64,000 nucleotides of DNA from Chloropicon primus (GCA_023205875.1 CP060758.1:744001-808000), one strand, 5' to 3'; counted from the first letter of the stretch, positions 52,134 through 62,672 are shown. Notes: generated from the sequence alone by a model not told the origin. Made by a program: numbers and translations.

Positions 52134-53208
52134 CTCAACTCCGCCGTACGATTCCTTTCACGCGTAAAGAACACTTCTCTCGCCCCCTTTGGCCCCTCGT
52201 GCTCCACCCTGCAACCCCACCAAACGATGAAAACCTCTGTTTCAGTTCCTCGTCGTGACCTCAACGTCATTCCTTCGAAGCGAAAGAGGGTCAAAAAGAA
52301 ACAGGAAGGAGACCGGGTGCGCCCCTTGACCTCCTCGCGCTTCTGGCCCCCTCCTCGCCCCCCTCGTCTCAAACTCACCTCTCTCTTCGCCCTAGCGCTG
52401 CGCTCTCCTCGTTTCTGTCAGGGGAACGATTCGTAAGAAGCCGTTGGCTCTTGAGAATTTACACCGAAAAAAAGCCCTGTGAGGATCACCCTGTGAGGAG
52501 GGGCTTCCTCTGGGCGATCCATCATCGTGACGAGGGCCAGGGTCCTCCTGCTTCCCTTCCTCCTGATGGCTTGTCCTTGGGTGTCGTTCGATCCTCTCTT
52601 TCCTTTCGTCCCCCTCCCCTCCCTCTCTCTCCAAGTCCAAGTCCCTCTGATGCACTCCAAGGTCCGCTTTAATGCTTTAAGCAAACCTCGTCAGGGGAAA
52701 GGAGTGTACCCACGAGGAGTGTCCTCCTCTCCTCTCGGGCCGATAAGAAGCCATTGCCTTTCCTCCTCCTCCTCCTCCTCCTCCTCCTCCATGTCCTCCT
52801 CCTCCAAGGTGCAGACCGACCGATTGGGATTCTGGGACAACAGAGGAGCGGGCGAAAGCCAAGACACAGGAGGCCGGGATAGCAGGAGCTGCCTGGCGGG
52901 TATAAGACACGAAAACCCTCGATAGAGGCTCTCCGGTTGGCTTGGGGTGGAGCCTGGTATTCGTTTACGGGCGTGGAAAGCGAAAAACAGGCTGGAAGCG
53001 ATAAGTCGACGGGACGCCTCCAGGGAAAAAAAGACGAAAACTTTTTTGTGGTTTGGGGGCCTTTGCCATTGCCGGCTGAAGAGTGGGGTGGATCGTGCCA
53101 GTGCGAGGACGACGGCAAGCACGACGCGTGGCGCGCCAGGGGGGCAATAGAAGCGTTCTTGGCTACAAGGACACTCGATAGAATTATATATCTACATTGC
53201 GAGGAGGG

Positions 53209-54879
53209 ATGGCGAGGGGGTTTGGCGCGTGCTTGGCCTCGAGCACGACGGACCCTCTCCTGGTTAGGCTGCTGGAACAGGCAGATAAGCTTTCGGAGCC
53301 GGACGAGCGTAGTAGGAGCGGGGCTTCCTCAACCGCAAATGCCTTGCGGAGGTTGCGCAGGAAGAAGTGGAGCTCTCAGTTCACGAGCTTGACCGACGTT
53401 GCAGGTTGGATGGCTGCAAGTCCATGGTACAAGTGGAAACAGAAAGGCCGCATCCCAGTCAAGCTCTTCCTGCACTTGAGCATCGCAATACTTTCGCTCT
53501 TCCAAGTCGTGTTCCTATCGACGAACATGGGAAGAGTCATCAGAAACACGAGGTCCTTCGTGGACGACATCTTGGTTCCCACTTCGTCTCCAGTGTACAA
53601 CCTCACGGGGCTGGTCGGGGCGCTGAACACGACGATGTGCGACATCTGCGCGTACGAAAGGGACTCGCTCCTTGTTTTCGAGCTCACGCACCCCTTTCAG
53701 CTCACGGTGGAGAGGCTCATGGACGGCGGGCAGATTTTCAACACCAGCAGGCCCTCCTTCAGCATGGACACAACGTCAGAGACGATCCCCGTGTATTGCT
53801 CGGACTGCCCCAACTCCCTAGCTCACACGGACCTCGACTTAAGGGAAAAGACCAAGGAAGAGAAGCAGGAGTTGAGACACTCCCTGTCAGGGGTCGGGAT
53901 TCAGTTCAACATACAGCAGCTGACTTACATGGAAGGGGGGCGGTATTGCCTGAACTGGGACATCTCTTTGTATTACGCCATATCGATGCGACTCGGGACG
54001 CTGAGCATGCCAAAGATAGAGACGGACGCGCACGGCTGTGGCCATTGGCCGACAGACCCCATTAACATCCCGTTGGTGTGGGTGAACGTGTGGCTGCTCA
54101 TCTTCTCCTGCTTCTCTTTCGTCCTGGTTTTGCGCCAATTCGGAAGGCACTACCAGCTCTACTCGGCGTTGACGAAAGAGGTCAAGCTGATGGAAATGGG
54201 AGCAGCCTACCAAGACATTGGGATCGATCACGAGAAGCAGAGCTTCTTGGAGACGTGGTCGAAGCTCAAGAGCTTTAGGAAAACAAAGTTTTTCAGTCTG
54301 TGGAATCTGTTCACCATCGCGACGAACATCATGCAAGTCATAGGGTCCCTCATTCTCCTGCTGAATCACGGGAGGTACGGCAACGTGTTGATCAACACCA
54401 TGATTGGCCTCGCGGCCTCGGGCGCCCTGCTGAACATGGTGAGGTACTTCAGGTTCTTCCCGAAGAGCTACCTGCTCATCTTGACCCTGCGGTACGCTCT
54501 TCCAAAATCCCTGCGCTTCATCTTCTGCGCCACAGTTATCTACCTTGCGTACGCGGTGCTTGGAATGACGCTTTTTGGTGAGCGCAGCCCAGCCTTCTCG
54601 AACCTTGGGCAGTCCGTCCAAACTCTATTTTCTATTGTGAATGGCGACCACATCACCGAGTACTTTGAAGCGATGCGCAAGGCGTCCAACTCGTTTGTGT
54701 CGCGGGTCTACGTGTTCTCCTTCATCTTCCTTTGCATGTGGGTGGCGTTAAACATTTTGCTTGGTGTTGTGATCGAGGGGTACAACCAAGCGGTGGAGAG
54801 GGTCCAAGCCATTACGGAATCCAAGAAAGATTCTGAGAACCACGAGGAGAGGGAGAGCAGCATCTTCAACGCAGTCTGA
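53209..54879 (+). CDS. Mucolipin/TRPML cation channel
   Basis: SPWYKWKQKGRIPVKLFLH, large extracytosolic loop, LWNLFTI, LRFIFCATVIYLAY, TLFSIVNGD pore, SRVYVFSFIFL. Confidence 0.9.
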   Translation: MARGFGACLASSTTDPLLVRLLEQADKLSEPDERSRSGASSTANALRRLRRKKWSSQFTSLTDVAGWMAASPWYKWKQKGRIPVKLFLHLSIAILSLFQVVFLSTNMGRVIRNTRSFVDDILVPTSSPVYNLTGLVGALNTTMCDICAYERDSLLVFELTHPFQLTVERLMDGGQIFNTSRPSFSMDTTSETIPVYCSDCPNSLAHTDLDLREKTKEEKQELRHSLSGVGIQFNIQQLTYMEGGRYCLNWDISLYYAISMRLGTLSMPKIETDAHGCGHWPTDPINIPLVWVNVWLLIFSCFSFVLVLRQFGRHYQLYSALTKEVKLMEMGAAYQDIGIDHEKQSFLETWSKLKSFRKTKFFSLWNLFTIATNIMQVIGSLILLLNHGRYGNVLINTMIGLAASGALLNMVRYFRFFPKSYLLILTLRYALPKSLRFIFCATVIYLAYAVLGMTLFGERSPAFSNLGQSVQTLFSIVNGDHITEYFEAMRKASNSFVSRVYVFSFIFLCMWVALNILLGVVIEGYNQAVERVQAITESKKDSENHEERESSIFNAV

Positions 54880-54902
54880 TTCTAAAATAAGTACTTAAAA
54901 GC

Positions 54903-56468
54903 TCATCGCCGAGGTTCCCGAGAGGGCGAAGCGTTCTCGGGCAGCTGAAGCCGGGAGAGAAACAGGGCTTTCATCCGCTTGACTTCCTCTTGGTACGCCT
55001 CCCGGGCGTGCTTTAGATCTTCCTGGTCCATGTTCTGCGGCGGGACCTGTGAAGCGTAGTGTAATTTAAGGTTGCTGGAGTCGGCTTTCGGGCCGCCTTC
55101 CATTCTAACGCCCCCCCGAGGCTCCTGATCGAAATCAGAGGTGCTCTCGTCCCTGCCAAGGCCTTCCGCAGGTCCACCGCCCCGGTAATGCTCGAAGTAC
55201 TCCTCCGTCAGCGAAGACTTGAGTTCTGCCAAGGAAGACTTCACCTCGGCTATGACTGGCTTGGAAAGAAAGTTGTGCAAGTTCACCACCGGAGAAGCCT
55301 GGCTCTGGCCGTAGTCGCTGTCCTCACCAAGCGCAGCTCTGCTCGTGGAGGGTGCCGCCTGCACCCGGGGGCTCTCTTCCTGGATGTGAGACAGGATTGC
55401 GCTGTTCGCGGCTTCTGCCTGCTCCAGCGCCCCTTTCAGGTGCCTCACCTGGTTCCTCAGGTCAGAGACCTCAAAGCTTTTGTTTTGCCCATCAAAGTGG
55501 CTCGCGGCACTTGCTGAACGCAGGCTTTGGTCCGCTTGGAACGTCTGCAGGGATTCCATCGAGTCCATCACGTCCAAGGGCGCGTGGTTCCCAGCGAAAG
55601 AGAGCCGCGCAGTCCCCTCTGCGTGGTGCCTCCTGGCCTTCTCCTTCCTGAGCTCGAGCTTGAGGGTCTGAATCTTGTGCACGAGCTTGGAGTTCAGCTC
55701 GGTCGACTTGGCCAGCGAGGCCTGCAGCTTCCTGCACTGCGCGTACATGTCCTGGGACCTGAGCTGCTTGTTCTTCACCTCGAGGGCCTTGCACTGCCTC
55801 TCCGCTCGCTTCACCTTCTCCTGGCACGCGCTCAGTTTGCTCTTGAGGACGTCAACCTCAGTCTTGGCCATCTCCGCCTTGATGTGCAGCTTCGCCTCCT
55901 TCTTCATGACGGACAGCAGGCGGTTCTGGACCGACTTGATGGCATCCTTGGAGGAGTAACCGCCGCCATCGTACGGGCTCTTCTGGGTCGAGCTCCGCAA
56001 GCTGAACTCGCTCTCGGACTCTGACACCGCGTCCGACACGTGCTCCGCGAGGCTCTCCTCGCCCGCGACGTCCCCAAGATCGTCCTCCAGGTCGCTCGCG
56101 TGGTCGTAGACCTTCGTCTCGTACCAGACGCTCGACTCTTGGGCGAAGCTCGGCGTGAAGGAGTTCTCCGCCTCGACTGGAGGCAGGGGCAGGTCCTCGT
56201 TCGGGTAGTGGTCTCGCGCCTGCGGGCGCTTGGGGTCCTTTTCGGACGCCCTCCCTCCCGCACGGGCCGCCTTCTCTGCCGCGATCCTCCTGACCTCCTC
56301 CTCCGCCTTGCCCCTCTGTCCGAACGAGGCCTCCTCGATGCTTCGGACGGAATTGTCCACCTCCAACTCCGCGTGCTGGAGGAGCTCCTGGATGATGTTG
56401 TCGATCGAAGCCACGGTGATGTCGCTGTCCGCCGCGCTGGGAGCCCGCGCCATCGAAGGCGCCGCCAT
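54903..56468 (-). CDS. Hypothetical coiled-coil protein
   Basis: 521-aa ATG-initiated ORF with host-like codons and heptad-rich central region. Confidence 0.7.
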   Translation of the reverse strand: MAAPSMARAPSAADSDITVASIDNIIQELLQHAELEVDNSVRSIEEASFGQRGKAEEEVRRIAAEKAARAGGRASEKDPKRPQARDHYPNEDLPLPPVEAENSFTPSFAQESSVWYETKVYDHASDLEDDLGDVAGEESLAEHVSDAVSESESEFSLRSSTQKSPYDGGGYSSKDAIKSVQNRLLSVMKKEAKLHIKAEMAKTEVDVLKSKLSACQEKVKRAERQCKALEVKNKQLRSQDMYAQCRKLQASLAKSTELNSKLVHKIQTLKLELRKEKARRHHAEGTARLSFAGNHAPLDVMDSMESLQTFQADQSLRSASAASHFDGQNKSFEVSDLRNQVRHLKGALEQAEAANSAILSHIQEESPRVQAAPSTSRAALGEDSDYGQSQASPVVNLHNFLSKPVIAEVKSSLAELKSSLTEEYFEHYRGGGPAEGLGRDESTSDFDQEPRGGVRMEGGPKADSSNLKLHYASQVPPQNMDQEDLKHAREAYQEEVKRMKALFLSRLQLPENASPSREPRR

Positions 56469-57334
56469 GTCCCCAACAAGCTAGCTCTCTTCGGGTCGCT
56501 CTCACCACCTCGTCATCCTTCCGTGGTGACACCACACCACACAAACAACACTGACACTGTCCTGTCCAAGGCGGACCGAACCAAAGTGCCGCAGTCGCTG
56601 GCTCCCAACCAAGTGCAGGACGCAGAGAGCGGCGGGGACTCCAGAGAATGAACGAATGAATGAACGAATGAATGAATGAATGGACCCCCACCACCGCCTG
56701 GCCTTCGTCTTGCTCGCCACCTTGGGCCCAAGGCAAAGCCAAAGCCAAAGGTCAGGTCCTCCGCTATTACGATCTCCAGGTTTGATTTTAAACATTGGAG
56801 TGTAAATTATTCAAGGATACTTTTACACTCATGTAGGATACTTTTCCCAGGCTGTGTGCCTCCGCTCAAAGCAAGCGCCGAACTCCAATCAAAAGGGAGG
56901 GAAACCGAGAGGGGCGTCGATGGATTCCCCTTCTTGCGGTCCTCCTCCCCGAGGTCTCTCCTCTCTCCCTCTCTCCCTCTCTCCCTCGTCTCCACAAAAG
57001 TCAAGTCCAAGAGGCGCTTGTTATCCAAGCTGAGCTGGAAGCTGGTCTGTAGCAGATTTGCTGGATTTATCGTCCCCCTCGACGAAGAGGAGCAGAGCGA
57101 GCTTTGCCGACGGGAGGACGGGCGAGAGAGGTACGGGCGACGGAGGAGGGCACTGGTATTCGAAAATTCTTCGCCTCGCGAGCTTTCGAACGAGTGCTTC
57201 CTCGAGGATTTTGGCGCTTGCTGTGAGGGACGGGACGGGACTGAACAGAAATAATCTTCTTTGCGTGCTTGTTGGTGCTGGGTTGCAGTGAAGTGGAGGG
57301 CGAGCGCGAGCGCGAGAGATTCTAGTCCGTCGTC

Positions 57335-58356
57335 ATGGACGGGGGGTTCGGGTACGGGTACGGGTACAAGACGGTGGGGCACGCCGACAGGGGGGAGCGC
57401 ACGAAGTTGCGCGTGCACCCTCACGCCCACGACGGGGTGTATGGGAGTGTGGGGAGCTTCGCCCCTCCCGCGGAGGGTGGCTCGGCGGGATCGCCCTTCT
57501 GCTACCCTCGCAGCGGGGGCTGGAGCGATCAGGTGACGACTCTGGTGCCCCCTCCGCCACCGCCGGGACCGGCCGCGAGGTCCCCTGCCGCTGGCACAAG
57601 GTAATAAAATCCCTCTTCTTCTCCTCTTGCGGAGCTCACTCGTGAGCAGCAGCGCGCAAGTCTGGAGAGTAAGCGATTTTGCTGACGATCGGTTCGATCT
57701 GCGTCGTGCTCCTCGGCTGGGAACGAAAGGTTCCCGTTCTACGAGGTCGGGCGACAGGAGCTGTACAAGACCGGGCTGGAGGTGCGGGAGCAGCCTCCTC
57801 AGCTCTCGCCCCAGTCCGTCTTCGATTTGAGTGCGGCGATACAGCAGCGCGTTCCCATCACGCCGCCACCTCCATCACCGCCGCAGGCTCGAAAGCCCGC
57901 CGAGAAGACGAGGCAAAAGCTTCACTTGCTGCCAAGAACGAAGCCCATGTGTGGCGACTCCGCGCCACAGCAAGGTAAGGGAAAACACGCGGTTGTCGTC
58001 GGTTTACCGGAAAGGGGAACTCCGCCCCCCCCCAACACACACACACACCCGGGGACGTGGCACTGACACCACTTTGCTGCCCCGCCTTTGCTCCCGCCGA
58101 AAACGAAGATAATCCTAGGCGAGCCAACCTTTTCGGCGGGGCCCGCCCCCGAGAGGAGGTGCTGAGGGAGAGACAGAAGACCGGAAGGCCCCAAGGTTCC
58201 TCGCTTGCCCCCAAAGGGTGGAAACAGGTGAATACGAGCCACAAGCTCCAGCCCTACAACAAGCTTCCAAAGAGAAGCAGCCTCAAGACATCTCAGGAAA
58301 CCAAACTGGCTCCAGAGTACACCGTCGTCAGCAACCCCTTCGGCAAGCTGGCCTGA
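57335..58356 (+). CDS. Protein with eIF4B-like motifs; exons 57335-57600, 57730-57974, 58109-58356
   Basis: Two in-frame GT-AG introns with CTGAC branch points join three ORFs. RQKLHLLPRT and NLFGGARPREEVL match eIF4B repeat motifs. Confidence 0.6.
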
Positions 58357-58654
58357 GCCCAACCAGAACAAATCAAAACCAAAACCCGCACGAAGTGGAG
58401 CTGGGGCCAAGGAGCCACCACCCACCCATTCTGATCATGCTTGATCGGCCTACGCTTTCTTTTGTTTCCTCTTTTTGTTTGTAATGCACAACAAACCAGT
58501 TTCTCTCTCTCTCTCTCTCTCTCTCTCCTCTCTGCAGAAGAGAGATCTCTCAGCTTGCTTCAGCTTCAGCTGAGCCTGGCCGCGCTCCTCCCAAGCAAGA
58601 CGCAGCAGACCAGCAGAGGCGAAGGTCGGGCGACCAGTAGTTTGTCAGGCGGCC

Positions 58655-59536
58655 ATGGCGACCGACGGGGAGGACGCCTTCGCGGCGTTCATGGGCGAAG
58701 TCAACGAGCTGAGCGAGAAGGCGGACAGGAAGGGGGAGACCGCGGAAGAAGCTGAAGCTGCGCCGGCTCCTCCTGCGCAGAAGAAGAGCCCCCCGCCTCC
58801 ACGACCACCACCAGCCAAGGCGAGTGCGCGCACCCCAATGGCCACAGTGGCGAGCGCGCCGAAGCCCGCCACGAAGCGTGAGGGGGGCTCTGCGCCGTAC
58901 TACGTGCAGCCCGGCGTGGGATCTCACCAATCCAGCGGGGCCAAGTCCATCATGGAGAGAGACTATGAGAAGTTGCAGGAGGCTGCGAGGTACAAGTCAG
59001 GCTTGCAGGGGCAGGGCGGCGGGGCAGGAGCGGAGTCCGGGATGGGGAGGACAAGAGAGGAGCTCGTGATGCACCGCACGTCGCCCCAGGGCGGGTGCAT
59101 CTACAGGAAGGACAGGGCGGAGCCGTCTCAGAAGGTGTTCGTACGAGAGATCGGAGGGGAGAAGTGGGTGGACCCGACTCTCGGGGAGTGGCCGGAGAAC
59201 GACTTCAGGCTCTTCGCGGGCGACTTGGGCCCTGAAGTGACGGACGACTTGCTGGCCCAGACCTTCTCCAGGTACAAGTCCTTCAACAAGGCCAAGGTGG
59301 TTAAGGAGAAGAGGACGCAGAAGAGCAGAGGGTTTGGGTTCGTCAGCTTTGCTGATGGCGCGGATTTCGCCAAGGCCCTGCGGGAGATGAACGGCAAGTA
59401 CATCGGGAACAGGCCTTGCAAGCTCAAGAAGTCGGATTGGAAGCAGAGGGGCACCAACCATTCCAAGAGCTTGGCGGCAGGAAGGGGAATACAAAAGAAG
59501 TTCAGGAAAAACAGCAAAAAGCACCTGAACTTTTGA
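58655..59536 (+). CDS. RBM42: RNA-binding protein 42 (RRM)
   Basis: GEKWVDPTLGEWPENDFRLFAGDLGPEVTDD, KSRGFGFVSF, REMNGKYIGNRPCKLKKSDW. Confidence 0.93.
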   Translation: MATDGEDAFAAFMGEVNELSEKADRKGETAEEAEAAPAPPAQKKSPPPPRPPPAKASARTPMATVASAPKPATKREGGSAPYYVQPGVGSHQSSGAKSIMERDYEKLQEAARYKSGLQGQGGGAGAESGMGRTREELVMHRTSPQGGCIYRKDRAEPSQKVFVREIGGEKWVDPTLGEWPENDFRLFAGDLGPEVTDDLLAQTFSRYKSFNKAKVVKEKRTQKSRGFGFVSFADGADFAKALREMNGKYIGNRPCKLKKSDWKQRGTNHSKSLAAGRGIQKKFRKNSKKHLNF

Positions 59537-59653
59537 GATCTCTGGGTGCGCGTCTTCCGGTTCGAGACAAGGGCATGACAGCGTCACACGGTACAACATG
59601 GTACACATAATATATACTAATAAGCTACATTATTCAGCGGGTTGGACAGTCTG

Positions 59654-60760
59654 TCAACAGCTTTGGCCCGGTGATCTGCCGCTCAGCAGGTAGAGCGTCT
59701 TTCTCGTTTCGGGCACCGGAATGCACCGAATTCCACGGATCGCACACCTCTTCCCTTGGTACATCAACCTCTGCATCCTTTCGATGGACCTCAACCTCGG
59801 CCTTTTCCTGCTGCTCGGAGCCATGGAGTGAACCAACTCGAGAAGGAGGTCTTGCACCAGCTCGACGGGGTGACGCCTCAGGGCCTCCACGTTCACATAC
59901 AAGTCTCCCGCCGCTGCTGCCTCGGCGTCCGCCGGCCTCACAGCATCCCGACGCATCGAGCTCAGCCGCTCCGAGTGCAGGGGGCACACGGAATTAGCAA
60001 GCAGGGAGTGCACGGTGGCAACGTTCCTGCAAAGGCCGTCGTCTTCTCTGGCCTCGAGGGCGGTCCCAAAGTGGTCCCTTATCGCGTTTCTCGTGTACCC
60101 CAGGTTCACGTTCGAAGGATCCTCGACGTATTCGAGGCCATTGTCCGCGCAATACCCGAGAACCTCGCCCTTGGTCACCCCAAGGAGAGGCCGAACAAGG
60201 TAAACTTCCCCAGAGGAGCCTGGTAATCTACCCTCTCCGGGCTCGAGGGCCTCGACCCTAATCCCGTCCCGGGAGAGGGACAAGGTCGACGCTTCTGGAA
60301 TCCCTCTCAGACCTTGAATGCCGCTCGCCCTCATCGCCCTCATGAGGAACGTCTCGAGCTGGTCGCTCCTCGTGTGCCCCAGCAGGATGGCCTTCGCTCC
60401 AAACTCCAGTCCCACCTCAAGCAGGGTGCGGAGCCTTCCCTCTCTCGCGACTTCCTGCTTGCTCGACTCGAGTGCAACGGACCGCACCACGGGCGACAGG
60501 CCGAGGTCCCTCGCCCTCTCGCTCACAACCAAGGCCTCCTCCCCGCTCCCTCGCCGAAGGTTGTGGTTCACAACGATGCACTGACCACGAAAGCTTCGCC
60601 CTGGGAACCGGGTCTCCAGCCATTTCTGGTACACGTGCGCAAGCGCTGTGCTGTCTGGGCCCCCCGAGAGCGCCACCGCGAAGGCTTTCCCCGCCTGGAC
60701 GCCCCCCAGCCTCCTGGACCACGCATCGAGGGCAGGCCAGGTCCGCTCCGCGAGTCCCAT
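59654..60760 (-). CDS. tilS: tRNA(Ile)-lysidine synthase (organellar); start uncertain
   Basis: PP-loop AVALSGGPDSTAL, VNHNLR, AREGR, LLGHTRSDQLETFLMR, RPLL, EDPSN..YTRNAIR. Confidence 0.85.
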   Translation of the reverse strand: MGLAERTWPALDAWSRRLGGVQAGKAFAVALSGGPDSTALAHVYQKWLETRFPGRSFRGQCIVVNHNLRRGSGEEALVVSERARDLGLSPVVRSVALESSKQEVAREGRLRTLLEVGLEFGAKAILLGHTRSDQLETFLMRAMRASGIQGLRGIPEASTLSLSRDGIRVEALEPGEGRLPGSSGEVYLVRPLLGVTKGEVLGYCADNGLEYVEDPSNVNLGYTRNAIRDHFGTALEAREDDGLCRNVATVHSLLANSVCPLHSERLSSMRRDAVRPADAEAAAAGDLYVNVEALRRHPVELVQDLLLELVHSMAPSSRKRPRLRSIERMQRLMYQGKRCAIRGIRCIPVPETRKTLYLLSGRSPGQSC

Positions 60761-61167
60761 GGCAGGAGCTCCTTTGGTGCCCTCTATTGCACTCCACCCG
60801 GAACAGGAACAAGTCTCTTCCACACGGACTTCTTGCGCATCTTCCTCAGTCCTCCTCTAAACCAAGCCAGGACCGTCGACGCCACCTCGTCCGGCTCGTT
60901 GCTGTAGTCCTCAACCCCGCTGTCGATCACCCAAGGGATGTTCCCGGCTTGCCGTTGATCGCTCCTGGCGCTGCTGGCCTTCTGAGGAAGAATTGGGGGA
61001 GAGGGAGGGAGAGGAGTTGGTGGGTGTTCACTTTGTCAATTGTAAGGATTGTACTAAATGATAGAAGGATCTCAAGGGGACTTGCTTCCTTGACGAAGAC
61101 CTTGCGCAGGAGGTCTTCCTTCGCTCTTGTCATCCCACTAGCAGTGTTTTCTGAATCATTCGGTTTC

Positions 61168-61815
61168 CTAGCTCGGGAGCTGGAGTTTCTTGCTCTGCTT
61201 CCAGGCCTGGACGTAGTAGTAGAAGAAGTCCAGGTAGAGCCCTGTCTGAATCAAGCCCGAGATCCAAACGAGCCACGCCGAGTAGCCTGGCTCCGTCGCG
61301 AATCGGTAAACCCAGTTTAAAATATAGAAAGCCCTGTACAACCCAAGCAGGAAAACGTAGTTTCCCGTCAGGTTGTCCACGTTCTTCGTCCTCTGCAGGA
61401 GCACGAGCTGAGGCAGGATCGCCACGGCCTCGAGGTAAATGGAGAACGTCCACAAGATCTCGAAGAGGTTGTACCTCGCGTTGATGAGCAGGGAAAGCAC
61501 GGCGCACGGAGCGACAAGGAACAGGTACCTGAAAGTGTCGTGGTCCCTGTCGTACGTCAGCTTCACATTCCGGTGGCGCCGCATGTACCACACGATCATG
61601 CTAGTCGTTCCTATGTACACCACCTTGAACACCGAGTTGTACAAGGAGTGGAAGTTCCAGAACAGGTCCAGATACCGCGTGATGAAGACTGCCAGGTAAA
61701 GCTCTTGCGTCTTGAGGGATATGCCCGCACAAGACTTGGTCGCATGGATCTTCAGCAGCAGCACGAGGATCGAAAGGAGGTGGAGGATATCCCCCGCGAA
61801 TCTAAACAAGTTCAT
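61168..61815 (-). CDS. ERD2: ER lumen protein-retaining (KDEL/HDEL) receptor
   Basis: MNLFRFAGD, SCAGISLKTQELY, WTFSIYLEAVAILPQL, LGLYRAFYILNW, DFFYYY...KLQLP. Confidence 0.96.
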   Translation of the reverse strand: MNLFRFAGDILHLLSILVLLLKIHATKSCAGISLKTQELYLAVFITRYLDLFWNFHSLYNSVFKVVYIGTTSMIVWYMRRHRNVKLTYDRDHDTFRYLFLVAPCAVLSLLINARYNLFEILWTFSIYLEAVAILPQLVLLQRTKNVDNLTGNYVFLLGLYRAFYILNWVYRFATEPGYSAWLVWISGLIQTGLYLDFFYYYVQAWKQSKKLQLPS

Positions 61816-62218
61816 GACGACGCTTGTCCTTTGTGTCAAGGACACGGAAATAAAAACCCTCTCTCCCAAGCCCTTGTCACGCGACTCGGCGCAGCGAGGT
61901 CAAACCCACACCACGACGCAGAACCCCCTCCAAAGACAGTCAACACACTCAAGACACGCAGAGGCAGACAGAGGCACACGGAGCACGCGCGCGCGTGTGT
62001 TGGTGTGCGTGTGTCCAACCGCAAGACCAGACCTCCCACCGAGGAGATCTGCCCGTCCTTGCGTTGATAAATTAACCCCAAACGAAGCGTGAGACGAAGC
62101 CTTCGCTTCTCACTTGACCTCACAAAATCAAGTTGAACCCTAATGCACCACCTTTTCGGCCTCACACTTCCCTTGGCTCCTCAACACGGAACGCAAACAA
62201 GAGAACAAGTAAAGACAA

Positions 62219-62260
<42 letters not shown>

Positions 62261-62335
62261 TAGGTTTTTTCTATATGGAAATTTCCTTGCTTGGCTTTGG
62301 ATAAAGCGAATAAGTTTGTGGCTCTCAGCGTTTGG

Positions 62336-62672
62336 TCCTGCTGCTGGTGGTGTTCTCGGGATTACTGTCGAGGGGCACCGTGTTCTTCCGAGACTACTGA
62401 AGGAAGGGTTTGTCCTCCTCCTCCTGCTGCTGCTGGTGCTGCTGGTGGTGTTCTCGGGATTGCTGTCGAGGGGCACCGTGTTCTTCCGAGACTACTGAAG
62501 GAAGGGTTTGTCCTCCTCCTCCTGCTGCTGGTGGTGCTGCTGGTGGTGTTCTCGGGATTGCTGTCGAGGAGCACCGTGTTCTTCCGAGACTACTGAAGGA
62601 AGGGTTTGTCCTCCTCCTCCTCCTACTGCTGGTGGTGGTGGTGGTGGTGTTCTCGGGATTGCTGTCGAGGGG
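62336..62672. repeat. ~98-bp minisatellite, ~3.4 copies, between divergent ERD2 and selenoprotein genes
   Basis: GTTCTCGGGATT recurs at 62352, 62450, 62548 and 62649 (periods 98, 98, 101). Units are nearly identical apart from a CCT/GCT/GGT triplet tract. Confidence 0.92.

Noticed and set aside
52134..53208. Small ORFs in the 1-kb divergent intergenic region
   Set aside because: Overlapping low-complexity frames on both strands with no recognisable motifs. More likely promoter or 5'-UTR sequence.
62336..62672. CRISPR-like array
   Set aside because: Units are repeated in full with no unique spacers, no cas genes are present and the context is eukaryotic. It is a minisatellite.
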